Shown here: piece by piece, positions 1 to 12,700 of the stretch
How the letters are laid out: every line of letters starts with the position of its first letter
How positions within the stretch are numbered: the stretch's first letter is position 1
The notes under the pieces: generated by a model
The model's input: the letters and a program-made list of their open reading frames with translations, nothing else
Told to the model about the DNA's origin: nothing
The model's database searches: none
From: Octopus vulgaris
Lineage: Eukaryota
Direction: 5' to 3'
DNA: 64,000 bases
Assembly: GCA_951406725.2 (NCBI GenBank)
Contig: OX597814.1
Span: 65,286,001 to 65,350,000, forward strand
Program-made: the position numbers and the translations under genes

Positions 1-210
1 AGCCGTAGAAATGAGTTGCGACGTCACAGGTGCCAAGCTGTATCGGCCTTTGCCTTTCCCTTGGATAATATCAGTGGTGTAGAGAGGGGAAGCTGATATG
101 CATGGGCGACTGCTGGCCTTCCACTAACAACCTTGCCCAGACTTGTGCTTCGGAGGGTAACTTTCTAGGTGCAATCCCATGGTCATTCATGACCGAAGGG
201 GATACCCCTC
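1..210 (+). mobile_element. SINE family C, 3' part (5' end outside window)
   Basis: Aligns with 58346-58555 (GTAGAAATRAGTTGCGACGTCACWGGTGCCAAGCTG...GGTCATTCATGWCCRAAGGGG); that copy has a tRNA-like head. Confidence 0.75.
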
Positions 211-282
211 AATATATAAACATATGCATTTCATGTATATAACTTTTGTTTTGCAAATATATATAATTTATGCTTTAATTTT

Positions 283-399
<117 letters not shown>

Positions 400-526
400 A
401 ACCTTTGTTTAATTTGAAGTTCATATATTTTGAAATTTGTTTTCACAATATTTTGAATATTCAGACCAATGTGTGATTTTATGTCTGTATGTGTGTAAAC
501 ATATACATACTTACACACACACACAC

Positions 527-590
<64 letters not shown>

Positions 591-1384
591 GTATATATAT
601 ATATGATATATTCAATAGATGTATATATACGCACATATATACATATAAGTGTGCGTGTTTGTGTGTATACATGTTCACATGTGCCTATGTATACATGTGT
701 ATTTTCATATACATATATATGTATATGTATATACATATTTATATGTGCGTATACATATAGGTATATATACATATATAAGTATGTACTAATGTGTAGCTAT
801 GTGTATGTAGACACACACACTCACACACACACACACACACATACACACATGATCTTTTCAGCAGCCCCTCCCACGCTGCTGTGATTGATGTGGTTACTGT
901 TCAGCTTGAACATCTGCTGTGCAATGTTGGAAAAGAGGAAAGGTAGGCGTTGACAGTGAAGGTATAGTAATGATTTGTATTCTTGCCCAGAAAACACGAG
1001 AAGACTGCAGAACCAAAGGTACGAAATCTTGAAGGACAGACATATTATGAGTGACAGAAGGAGGAGCGCCGAATATGACGTACGGAACTGGGCGGAGACT
1101 TTTAGCAGGTAGTGAGTTCAGAATTATAATTATCGTCATTATATGCCTACGCATAATAGTTTACTGTTGAAACTCAACCCGACTAGAATTACCTCTCACT
1201 ACCTGGAAGAGATTAACTCAAAAATATACAATTTATGTAAGATAAGCTCAAAACTATCGAATTTTACACTAACGTAAAAGATGCCAAAACATTTACTGGT
1301 GGATTGTTAGTTCAGTGCTTATTATGCTTAAAGGTTATAGACTGAATGTTGCATTTTTTGGTGATCTTTACATAGATAAATATA

Positions 1385-1447
1385 TGAATAAATAGATAAA
1401 TAAATAAATAAATAAATAAAGAAAGAATGAAAGAAAGAAAGAAAGAT

Positions 1448-1486
<39 letters not shown>

Positions 1487-1564
1487 CAGAAAGAAAGAAA
1501 GAAGGAAAGATAGAAAGAAAGAAAGAAAGAAGGAAAGAAAGAAAGAAGGAAAGAAAGAAAGAAA
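1385..1564. repeat. (TAAA)n/(GAAA)n compound microsatellite
   Basis: Direct inspection. Confidence 0.95.
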
Positions 1565-1969
1565 TACTGTTCTTGTTTCTGATGATGTTTAGTGCAAGAC
1601 CAACCCTGATAAAGCGCCCGTTAAATCAAAGACTTTTTAACTTTAAGAGTACTGTTCTCTATAACAAAGAGCATATTTTCAATTGTGTTCTTTTTTAAGG
1701 CTTGAGGATATAATGTGATTGATACTTGTCTGTTATTTCTTATAAGACAAGTACCTGTAGAGGTTCATATATGCAAGAGGGCGGTGGGTTGATATCAATG
1801 AAAGAGTACGGAACAAAATGCCCTCTGATATTTATTTGCGTCTATTAATGATATCAATTTCCGCAATGGACAAAACATGTTTGTCTTTTATTAAAATATA
1901 GATACCGTACTAACTGATATTTTTCTCCCTCCAAATTAATCGACTTACTTTCAGCAAATGCAAATAATT

Positions 1970-2110
<141 letters not shown>

Positions 2111-3242
2111 TTTGTGTGCCTGTTTGTGCGCCCGTGTGTGCGCTCGTGCATTTCTGAACATACATACCAAAATGAATCTTCCGTCCATGTTAGTGTGGAA
2201 CATTCGATTATTCGATGTTAGAAATTGATATGATTATCAAACGGTCGGGTGAATAAAGATTGAGTGAAATATCATCAACATTATAATTTTCCATTGTTAA
2301 CACAAGGTTTGTTGTCTAAGAGAGGGAAAAATGATCGAACATATCTCAGATACTCAAGGCATCTCTGCGTCAGCGATCTGCTCTTATAAATCTTCCGTCT
2401 CCACTTCCAACTGAAAGGATACAGCAACGAGTAACTCAATCTTGACATTGATCAAATATTACTAAAAGCGTGTGCAATCGTTTAATTAATTCCGCCCTTT
2501 ATATTGTGTGTATGCTAAGAATTTACTATGAAGTCTTAGCATCACTTGTTGAAGATGTATTTGTATTTACAAACCACAAATATACAAGAAATTTTAATTC
2601 ATGGCAAACTATGAGATACATTAATGAACAGTACATTTTGCCGCTTTCTGTAGTACTATGTACCACGTACATCATATTATCAGTTGGATGTAAGAATAGT
2701 GGAACTTGGTTACGTATATACACTGTCAAGTACTAGACATGACCTATTCCTATATATTTCATTAATCTGGTACCAAAGTATCTTAATCCATATTTAGTAT
2801 CGCAAGGAAAATAGGCAAATGCGAACTGATTGTGATATGAATTACAGCACGTTCAGTTCATGAACACTTCAGAGTATCAATACTGACTCTGTAATATTAG
2901 TGAATACACCCTCTCCTGTAGAATGTACGTTTATAACCTCCTCATTACGGATTGTAAAGGGTCAAATCTAAAAACAGCAAATGGTTTTCTGGACTTTCTT
3001 CCAATTCTGAACATTTGTCATTTTCGAAGAAGTTCTAAATAAGAAAATTGAGAGTTCATAGATGAGTGATAACATTAGATGTGGAGGAAATTATGTAATT
3101 TTAAGAATAAAACCATAAGGATCGGATAGGAGGGTTGAATTACTTAAAATGTATGTTATAGTCATGAGTTGTCTTTGAATGTTCAGTGAAGATAGACTGC
3201 GAACCAAAGGGATTTTCGGGTTGAAGTTATGCTTGTATTATA

Positions 3243-3615
3243 CTAGCAGCTAAGCCCGGTTTCATCTGGTCTGTTTGGATGATGTGGCTGTGATCATTTT
3301 CGTTTAGGCATAATCTATAACAGCTTTTCTCAACCTTATAATTTCGGGTCCCGTTTCGATTGGAGCGTCCAGCTATATGAAAATTCCCTGATTCTCCCCC
3401 ATTCTTGCCAGAAAACAGCTTCAGGAGTTGTGAAAAGCGAATTTGTACATAGTCTGTTTCTGAGAGTTATTCTATTGGACCTCTGTCTAATCATTAAAAC
3501 ATTTATTTAATTATGAACATAGAAAGAAATTATACATTAATCCCTATTTTTGTAAGCAGTTGTATCCATAAAAAAATTATTTGCAGAGAGCAGAAATTGA
3601 AAGAAGACATATGAA

Positions 3616-3710
<95 letters not shown>

Positions 3711-3974
3711 CGTGCGTGGTTACGCGTGTGTATGTGAGAGAGAAAGAGGGTGGTAAAGAGAGAGTGAGTGAAGATGTGTGTCATGACTGAGGTATTTGTA
3801 CGTAGTCTGTTTCTGAGAGCTATTCTACTGGACCTTTGTCTAATCATTAAAAGATTGATTTAATTATGAACATAGAAAGAAATTATACATTAATCCCTAT
3901 TTCTGTAAGCAGTTGCATCCGTAAAAATTTATTTTCAGAGAGCAGAAATTGAAAGAAGATATTTGAAACGGACG

Positions 3975-4026
<52 letters not shown>

Positions 4027-4479
4027 TGCGTGCCCTCTGTGCTTGCACGTGTGTATGTGAGAGAGAAAGAGTGTGATAAAGAAAGATAGAGTGAGCGAGT
4101 GAGGGTATGTGACGTGATGATTGACGTCTTTTAAGGTAAAGCCCACAAAGAGGTGAAAGAAGAGAGACACCATAACGAAAGTCTTGGCTGACTGTCATCC
4201 TGTACTCCCTTTGTTGTTAGCGAAATGGTATATGCCTGCTGTGTGAGCAACTGCTTGTTTTAATGGCGGAACAAACAGGGGAATTCCATTATAAAAGTTT
4301 TAATCGATTTTCTCTGTAAGTATGGGAACTAAGAAATAAATACTAACCGCATTCCAATGTATGCACCCGACTCCACATGTGTGTCATTTTCCACGCGAAT
4401 CTACCCAGCCATTTGGCTGTGAATCTCAAGACGAGAAAGAATACAACGATTGCCCATGTCCAATTTATATTATTATAGA
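3243..4479 (-). mobile_element. Non-autonomous Helitron with internal ~353-bp tandem duplication
   Basis: Minus strand starts a|TCTATAATAATATAAA and ends GAAACCGGGCTTAGCTGCTAG|t (5'-TC, subterminal GC-rich motif, CTAG-3', between A and T). Units starting ~3442 and ~3795 are duplicates, each with a (TG)n. Confidence 0.7.
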
Positions 4480-6793
4480 TTATAAATGCGCTTATACTCA
4501 CTAAGGAGAAGTGTTGACACACACGACTTTCTTATATGCAGCTCAAAGGAAGTGTTTAACGTATGTTAAGTGGAATTATGAAATGGCTCTCAGGAAATTA
4601 TCTTCAAGAATTTCTTCGGGTAAAATCAATTTATCTCCATATATTAGTGTACTTTAAGTCTGTCAAAATTAATTGTAAAGCGGAACTAAAATGTATAAAC
4701 ATGCACGAAATAACAATACATATTAGAGAAATAACTATTCACAAGAACTGAACCCTTCTTCAATCAATCTGACCAATGGACACTTCACAGGGGATTCAGG
4801 AATCACCAACATTAAACAATCCATTAATAAAAAATAGACACCTTTAAAATTATGTAACTAAACAGTGATCGCTTATAAGCTTTAACCTCATAAATATAAT
4901 TATTATTTAAGGAAAAGCCACATGTCCCCGCTTCTACATTTAACATAGAAAACGCACGTTTGTTTAAAAAACAACACTATAAAGTTATAGTTCTTAAATA
5001 TAAAAGGAAGAAGTGAGTGTTAACGTTGGTGTAATGGTTAGCTCAATTATTGCGAATATAAGAGGTATAGATTCGGGTCCCATGTGTACAGAAAACCCAC
5101 CTTTCTCTTTCGAGGCTTGTATGCCCCAGTATTGGCTTATTTTCTTTAGTCAATACACGGTGATCGCTCGTAAGCTTTAAGCTTATTATTATTTACAGTA
5201 TTATCACACGTCACCGCTTCTACATTTAACGCAGAAAATTTTCACACCTAAAGCAATAAGTATTGTGGAGAGGATATCGGCTGCAAATCTCCCATGGAAA
5301 ATTCCGAAGATAATGGCGCATTTCATAAAAAAACTCTTTTACAAAAGGCGAGATTTATTTCGGTTTGAAAAACTCGTCTCTTGTTAACTCAGCGTAGATA
5401 AATGCATGTCTTTTCTACTGGAAGGACAGGTTTGGAGATTTGTAAATCGATCATAGCTTATTCTAAAGCATGATACTTATTTACCGTTAAAATGTGACGG
5501 CCGAATAAAATAAGGGTTTAGCGGAGTTACAGAATCATCGTAGATACCCTGGTCAGATATGATTTAGATATTTTCTATTGAAAAGGAACTCCCCGAGACT
5601 TGGTTTGTAGAGTGTAAATGTCTGTAAAGCGTGATGCACTGAGGGTATCTAAGTATTATATCCATACTTCAGTTAATAGAGAAAAAAATTGTAGACTAAT
5701 TAAAGAAATAAATAGGTTTCTCGGTCTTAAATTTGATTTAATTCTACTATGTAATGACAGAAAGAGGGCCACGAGTTTTCGAACTATTCAAAGCAACAAC
5801 GTTCTGAATCATTGGCAAATTCAGCCAATTCTTTTGATTTACAGTAGTAGGAAATTATCACTTTTATATTTGTGTATGTGTACTTGCATGTGTCTATGTA
5901 TGTCTAATGTTGAAATATTTGCAAAGTTTATATATATATTTTCGTTTCGTTGGTAACTTTACAGTTCAAGTTGAAAATCAAGAATGGCTGTACCTAAATA
6001 TTTTTTGCTTTCTTTCTCTCCATATCTCCCTCTTTTTCTGTTTATCTCTCTTCTTGTTTTCTCATTTTGTTGCAATTCCTTTATATATATTCCCTTCCAT
6101 ATTTCCATGTTAAGAAAAAGAGGAAGTAAGAAAGAAAGAAAATATTATTATATTCACACTTACAAACGAATGTATCTTTAAATACATGGATGCGATTGTC
6201 TTCAGCATAAAAGATAAAATAACATTGAAGTTATATTACGTTATTTGATGACTTTTCTTTAGATATACAATTTGATATATTTCTTACTGGTTATTACTAC
6301 AGATATTAAAACGGTTTATGACTTTCTTTGTTGATTTTTTTATTACTTACTTTCTTACTGATATTTTGAGACTAATATTATTTTGTTTTCTAGCTTCCCG
6401 TCTTCTTTTAGAAATGTGACTGCATATAAAGGCAAGTAAATGATACAATAATAAGAGTTTGCTCATAACAAACAGCAGGGGTTAAACTTTTATCTAGTGA
6501 GTTTTAGTGACAAGTGGCCATGTTTTATCAATTAAGGAATGCTTGCATTGTATAACATCCAGGTGTATGGGACATTTAAGTATTCTTTCAGATAAATTTA
6601 AAAGTATTCATTCACACATTCACTCATTTTATGTGTAAATGTCTAATTACCTATGTACCTATTGTGTGTGTGTGTGTCTGTCTGAGTATGCATCTCAAGG
6701 TGTAAATTTGATATACAATACCAGCTGGTGTTCATCAAACAGACACACACATGTACAGATACATAACTTAAATAAATTTATCTGTAAGTTTAC

Positions 6794-6847
<54 letters not shown>

Positions 6848-6889
6848 GTCTGTCTATCTGTCTGCCTGTCTGCCTGCCTGTCTGCCTGC

Positions 6890-6936
<47 letters not shown>

Positions 6937-6940
6937 TCTA

Positions 6941-7009
<69 letters not shown>

Positions 7010-7104
7010 TGATAAACATATGCTCACACATACGTACATAAGTACAAATATACATACATGCATGCATACATACATGCATACATACATACAGAGAGACAGA
7101 TAGG

Positions 7105-7220
7105 CGAGTATGTCCATAAATTCAAAATAAGGTTGGAGAAATACTGAAGGTTGAATATTATGCTTTATATTAAAGCCGCAAAAATCTTAGAGTTCCAGGT
7201 TACCGTTCGTCAGACAGTTG
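7105..7220 (-). mobile_element. Penelope-like terminal-repeat fragment with degenerate hammerhead (same family as 10959-11170)
   Basis: Minus strand AACTGT-CTGACGA-ACGGTAACCT-GGAACTCTAAG; similar to both arms at 10993-11085. Confidence 0.5.
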
Positions 7221-7299
7221 TGACGTTGTGACCGTACAGCAATATTTATATTATGTATGTATGTATATACATATTCATATAAATATGTACTTATACATA

Positions 7300-7344
<45 letters not shown>

Positions 7345-7398
7345 GTGTGGGTGTGTATATGTGTATGTGTGTGTGTATGTGTGTGTGTATGTGTGTGT

Positions 7399-7443
<45 letters not shown>

Positions 7444-7572
7444 TTCCTTTAATATAGCTTTAATATAGCGATAATGTAAGCATCAAGATTTTAAAAAGTA
7501 GTGGAGTCAATTCATTCGGTGCCGCAGCATGCTGGAAGTCTAATCGCTGAGCAAATAAAAGATAAAAGATAG

Positions 7573-7645
<73 letters not shown>

Positions 7646-7676
7646 TATATAGTATATATATAGTATAGTATATAAG

Positions 7677-8493
7677 TAAGTACCTGGTCTGTTGCCATAG
7701 TAATGAAGCTAAAGCACGTAGAGTAAAGCTACTGAGCGCAGAGTGACTTTGACTTATGTTTTAACGTTCTACCTCACTTCCACTGTTTACAGAAGTACTC
7801 GGAAGGAACGTGCGTAGGTTGTGATCGTCGTATTAACCATAACAGAGATTCTGCATCAAATTTTATTGAAAGGTTGGTGATGCCTGCACAGAGACCTACG
7901 CAAAGTTTTCATAGTTCTTGACATGATGAAGATCATCTACAACTGAAACTCGGGCGTCTTCATGGTCAGCCGAAACCAGTTTTGACACAAACTTGGCAGA
8001 TACACGTCTCATACACAAATCTTCGGTGATAATGGACTGAACCGAACCGTAACTAATCAGCACATCCTTACAAAACTCACGGATTCGACAGTTTCCCCTC
8101 ACGGCTGCACGCATATCTGTGATGTTTTACTCAGTTCTTCTGGTTGCAGGTCTCCCAGAACAGCTCGTCAATAGGCCATCTTGGAAACGTCTGAACCGCT
8201 CGTACACTTGTGTAAGGCTCATACACACCTCTCCAAACACTTTCTACAACTTTGCGTAGGCCTCTGAGGAGGCATCGCCATGACAACTTGCTCTGTCATT
8301 GTCAATGTCACGATCACACGCTACAAACATTTCTTCCAAGCACTGCTGTAAACCGCGGAAATGAGCTAGATCGCTAAAACTTAGTGCGCATGCACAGCAG
8401 AGTTCAAGGTCAATATTTGCCAAGGGGCTTTCCACTGCGTGATTTAGCTTTGTTACTATGACAACAGCGTGGATACTTATTGATCAGACCTCG
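7677..8493 (-). mobile_element. Non-autonomous mariner derivative with long inverted arms (two 5' ends)
   Basis: Right end GATACTTATTGATCAGACCTCG|TA; left arm is its inverted copy lacking ~14 terminal bases; minus-strand mariner N-terminal remnant (GSVQSIITEDLCMRRVSAKFVSK). Sister copy at 57209-58013. Confidence 0.8.
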
Positions 8494-8527
8494 TATATAA
8501 TATGTATATATATATATGTATGTATGC

Positions 8528-8564
<37 letters not shown>

Positions 8565-8565
<1 letters not shown>

Positions 8566-9180
8566 GAGGGAGAGTCAAAAATTGTTTGCACTTTTGTTTT
8601 TCAAAATATTTACACAAACGCAGGGGATAAACAAGTACATCTTTTTTCTATATAGTCTCATTCAACCATTTATGCACCGCTTCTTCCACATCGTCATTCG
8701 TAGGAAATCAACGACCTAGTAAACCATCTATGACCGGTTCAAAGATAGTCGGAAGGTGTGAGGTCTGGGATATAGGTAGGCTGGTCCAGCATCTCAAACC
8801 CCAATGGATTAATGGTTCCAACGGTCTACGCGTTCGTGTGTGCATGTGCATTGCCATGCAACAACAAAACCTTCTTCGGCAATAGCGTTCCACGTTTGGT
8901 GCAAATTACTGGCTTCAGTTTTTTCGCCAGCAAAACACTGGATCTTGCACTGTCGACCGTACACCTCTTTTACAGAGAAACTGTTCTTCTTTTGCAGACA
9001 TTGTTAGTTGAGCGGCCATGCTTACATTGTAAAGCCAGAAAAGAAAATGGCACGATCAGGCCCAATCTTTAATCACGTGGTTACAATAGTACCAACTATA
9101 AGCAAGCATGCTCAGAAAGCAGTGTGACTATAATAGAAATATATTATGGCGAAAGGGCGGATAATTTTTGACTTCCCCTC

Positions 9181-9181
<1 letters not shown>
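8565..9181 (-). mobile_element. Internally deleted mariner element (617 bp)
   Basis: TIRs CGAGGGAGAGTCAAAAATTGTTTGCAC / CGAGGGGAAGTCAAAAATTATCCGCCC; minus-strand remnant LHGNAHAH...LGFEMLDQPTYIPDLTPSDY (HDNARPH...YSPDLAPSDY-like). Confidence 0.8.
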
Positions 9182-9237
<56 letters not shown>

Positions 9238-9239
<2 letters not shown>

Positions 9240-9986
9240 AGCATTAAAGACCCGTCGTTGCCGGGTCATAGTGCTAGTGCATGTATATATGTGTAGGTAT
9301 ATGTGTACATATTACATGTACATCTATATATATACATCTACACATAAAATGCAAAATACAAAGTTATATCTTGATATCGCTAGTGATAACAATACTCAAA
9401 ATATATAACAGACTGGAATTGTTAGCTCTTCTTTTTTCTCTACATTGTATACTTTATAGACAATAGTCTTTTCTTTAATTTAATTTTTTATTATCCATCT
9501 GGACTATTCCATTTCTGCACGCTAATGATATTTTTAATTTATTCCCATTCATGTGAAACCACTTATTCAAGTTCAAATCATTATGCAATTTTATACCAAT
9601 TGCTATTTTTACTTTTGTATGTTACGATTATATTATACTTTAGTTTGATTTTAATTATTACTTACTACATATAATTCAATTGTTATTATTATTTTTATTG
9701 TTAAAGTGAAAGCATCTGACATAAAATAGAGAAATATTTTTGTTTCACTTTTAACACGTAATACTGAAATAATGGAGAAGATATGATATTGCTATGGGCT
9801 CGCTCTAGGCAAGAAGTTGAACGTTTTTTTTTCCATGAAACTACATGGACCCTAAGTAAGGCATGTGTAAAATTTGAATGAAATTGGTTGTGTAGTTCTG
9901 AAGTTTTAGGGAAACACACAGACAGACAGACAGATAGACAGACAGACAGACACACACACACATTCTCAGTTTTACATATATAAAGA
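9238..9986 (-). mobile_element. Non-autonomous Helitron
   Basis: Minus strand a|TCTTTATATATGTAAAACTGAG ... hairpin GACCCG-GCAACGA-CGGGTC then TTTAATGCTGG|t (CTRR end). Confidence 0.7.
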
Positions 9987-9997
9987 TATATATATAT

Positions 9998-10190
9998 TTA
10001 ACGGGAAGCTTTATGAAAATAGACAAAAGACGAAGGCACGTTTACGGAAATAAACAAAAGACGAAGGCAGGTGGAATACAAACAAACAGTTGTATTAGTA
10101 TGGCGCTCAGGAAATATAAATAAAACAAGTCTTTAACGTTTCGAGCCTACGCTCTTCAACAGAAAGATACACAGAGAAAAAACAGAGAAA
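9998..10190 (-). mobile_element. Short interspersed repeat family H1 (Penelope-terminal-repeat-like), copy 1
   Basis: Shares AAGACGAAGGCAGGTGG...TGTATTAG...GTTTCGAGCCTACGCTCTTCNACAGAAAG with copies near 17425, 51995 and 54243. Confidence 0.7.
10130..10167 (-). ncRNA. Minimal type I hammerhead ribozyme motif, variant core CUGUUGA
   Basis: TCTTT-CTGTTGA-A-GAGC(GTAG)GCTC-GAAA-CG-TT-AAAGA: stem I TCTTT/AAAGA, stem II GAGC/GCTC, palindromic AACGTT stem III. Confidence 0.6.
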
Positions 10191-10298
10191 TATATTTATG
10201 CGTATGTAGGTATATATATATACTTATAAAATAAGGATATAATTATAAAATGATTATATCAGTAGCCTAGCACTGAAAAATGACCGTATGGAAAAATG

Positions 10299-10432
10299 AC
10301 CACATGGTTCCGGGTTCAGTCCCACTGCGTGGCACCTTGGGAAAGTGTCTTCTGCTATAGCCCCGGGCCGACCAATGCATTGTGAGTGGATTTGGTAGAC
10401 GGAAACTGAAAGAAACCCGTCGTATATATGTA

Positions 10433-10490
<58 letters not shown>

Positions 10491-10707
10491 CGTGTATGTT
10501 TGTGTGTCTGTGGTTGTCCCCCTAGCATTGCTTGACAACCGATGCTGGTGTGTTTACGTTCCCGTTACTTAGCGGTTCGACAAAAGAGACCGATAGAATA
10601 AGTACTGGGCTTACAAAAGAATAAGTCCCGGGGTCGAGTTGCTCGATTAAAGGCGGTGCTCCAGCATGGCCACAGTCAAATGACTGAAACAAGTAAAAGA
10701 GTAAAAG
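10299..10707 (+). mobile_element. tRNA-derived SINE family A (5'-truncated)
   Basis: B-box-like GGTTCAGTCCC, internal (TA)/(TG) tract, tail TGACTGAAACAAGTAAAAGAGTAAAAG; near-identical to 16644-17036. Confidence 0.9.
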
Positions 10708-10758
10708 TATAGGTAACATTAATTTTTAAGGGCTACTTTATAATAATATACGTGTGTG

Positions 10759-10847
<89 letters not shown>

Positions 10848-10882
10848 GTATGTATACATATATACATATATATATATGTATG

Positions 10883-10952
<70 letters not shown>

Positions 10953-10958
10953 TATACT

Positions 10959-11170
10959 TTATTAAAAAGCGCCAAAAATATTTTTAAAAACCTACTCAGA
11001 GTTTCAGGTTCCCGTTCGTCGATCAGTTTTGTTTTCTAAACAAAATTGTCCGACGAACGAGAACGTGAAACGTTGTGTAACAGTTTATGTGATATTTTTG
11101 CTGCTTTTTAATAACCCTACCTCTAGTATTCGAGTACTATCTTTTCCACATTGTTTTGCATTTATGTGCT
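10959..11170. mobile_element. Inverted pair of Penelope-like terminal repeats with degenerate hammerhead motifs
   Basis: Arms 10959-11033 and 11038-11114 are inverted; plus arm AATTGT-CCGACGA-ACGAGAACGT-GAAAC-GTTGT-GTA-ACAGTT. Confidence 0.55.
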
Positions 11171-11929
11171 TCCTTTGATATATATATATATATATATATA
11201 TATATTGAGCCTCCTTAAACTAAGCTATGACTGTAACTACCCAGACGTTCATGACCTTAGTATATTTTGCCCCACCAGGTCACAAATGGGAAGACCACCC
11301 ACCATCACCTCGGCAATGAAGAAGAGTATCGTAGATCACTTGATTGGCTGGACCAAATCCACCCAAGACCCTGAAAAGAACAGTTAGATGAAAAGAATGC
11401 TTCCACATGCAATAGGGGTGGCATAAGAACCACATAGTTTAACAGGAAACCATACGCGCACGTTCAAGTTAGATTTGATGTCATCTCAAACAATACTGAT
11501 CAGCTGAGTGGTCAGATCACTAAAACTGCTGTAGGAGTCACTACTTCCAAGAGGTTTATTTCATCACAAATTCATATTTAAAATGTTTAATTAATACTAC
11601 ATCTAGTTTTGATGCATAGATTAGGGATAGGGCTAGAGTGTGGCCGGAAAATTTAAACAATCTCCAGTGGAACAATCTACAATTGCTTAGCTTCACTGTG
11701 AGTATGTAGGTGACATTAATATTCTAGTTAGGACAAATTGTAGTAACTGAACTGTAGAAACCGAGAGGAGCATAATGGAAAAACTTCCAGCGTGTAGCTT
11801 ACTCCATTCACAAAAGTGTCCTACACACCGACCTTAATACTGAACTTTGGTTACAATGAACAACAGAGTGCAGCTCATCCATTCCTATTACATGAAATCT
11901 ATAGCTTCTAAGTATGTTGTTCAACTTTG

Positions 11930-12700
11930 TCCTACAACTTAAAAATCAACATACGCTAGCAGACTTAGTAAGGATAATGATCAACGTGATCCCACTATGC
12001 GAACCCTATGAAACAAAGAAATATGTAAAGATTTTCATGCACCGCATACTGAGGAGGTAGAAAGGAGTTGGATATAATTATATGTAATGAAATCATTGAT
12101 ATCTGCTCTAGATATAGAAAAAAGATTGGAATAAGATACAAAGTGTTTGTGACAAAGCAGAGTGAACACTGGTACAAGACCGACAAATATCAAGGAGGGA
12201 TGTTTGTAGAGGTCACAGCCTATGCAGAACTAGCCCGAAGATTTAGGAAAGGTCTGAAGGAGGGCCAAACCCAACATCATTGAAAAGCCAGGAAACTCAG
12301 ATCACAACTACGTAGGACGTATATGAATACTATGAGAATACCACAAGCACCAATGATAACTGCATGGTATGTAAGATTAACCCTGCCTTTAACTGTAGAA
12401 CTAGAAATGTAGTCTAAAGCATAAGGTGCATAGAGGGTACTTGTAAAGACAAAAACATGATATACATAGGTGAGATATCTAGAAGAACTGGGAGCAGACT
12501 AAATGAAAATTTGAGACAATATGCCGATAAAAAACAATCCTCTATACTCTACCAACATGCTAAATACCAGCATGGAGGCATACTGGGTCAACATCAACAT
12601 TTTATCCAAGCACCCGAATCACCCAACACTCAGACATGTACAGGGGTACGTCCTCATAAATGAAACATCCCAGTACTAAATAGGAAATATACATAGTATA
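11930..12700 (+). pseudogene. Penelope-like retroelement remnant, GIY-YIG endonuclease region
   Basis: From 12361: CMVCKINPAFNCRTRNVV*SIRCIEGTCKDKNMIYIGEISRRTGSRLNE = CxxC...C.T.NVVY.I.C...YIGET.R...RL.E signature. Boundaries approximate. Confidence 0.8.

Noticed and set aside
1060-1110. RPVPYVIFGAP resembling the MOV10 helicase RPAPYIIFGPPGTGKT region
   Set aside because: No Walker A (GTGKT) in any frame; resemblance too short to assign.
5019-5085. tRNA-like sequence (GGTGTAATGGTTAG...GATTCGGGTCCC)
   Set aside because: No complete cloverleaf; likely a decayed SINE head lying between a local ~293-bp-period duplication (4862/5155).
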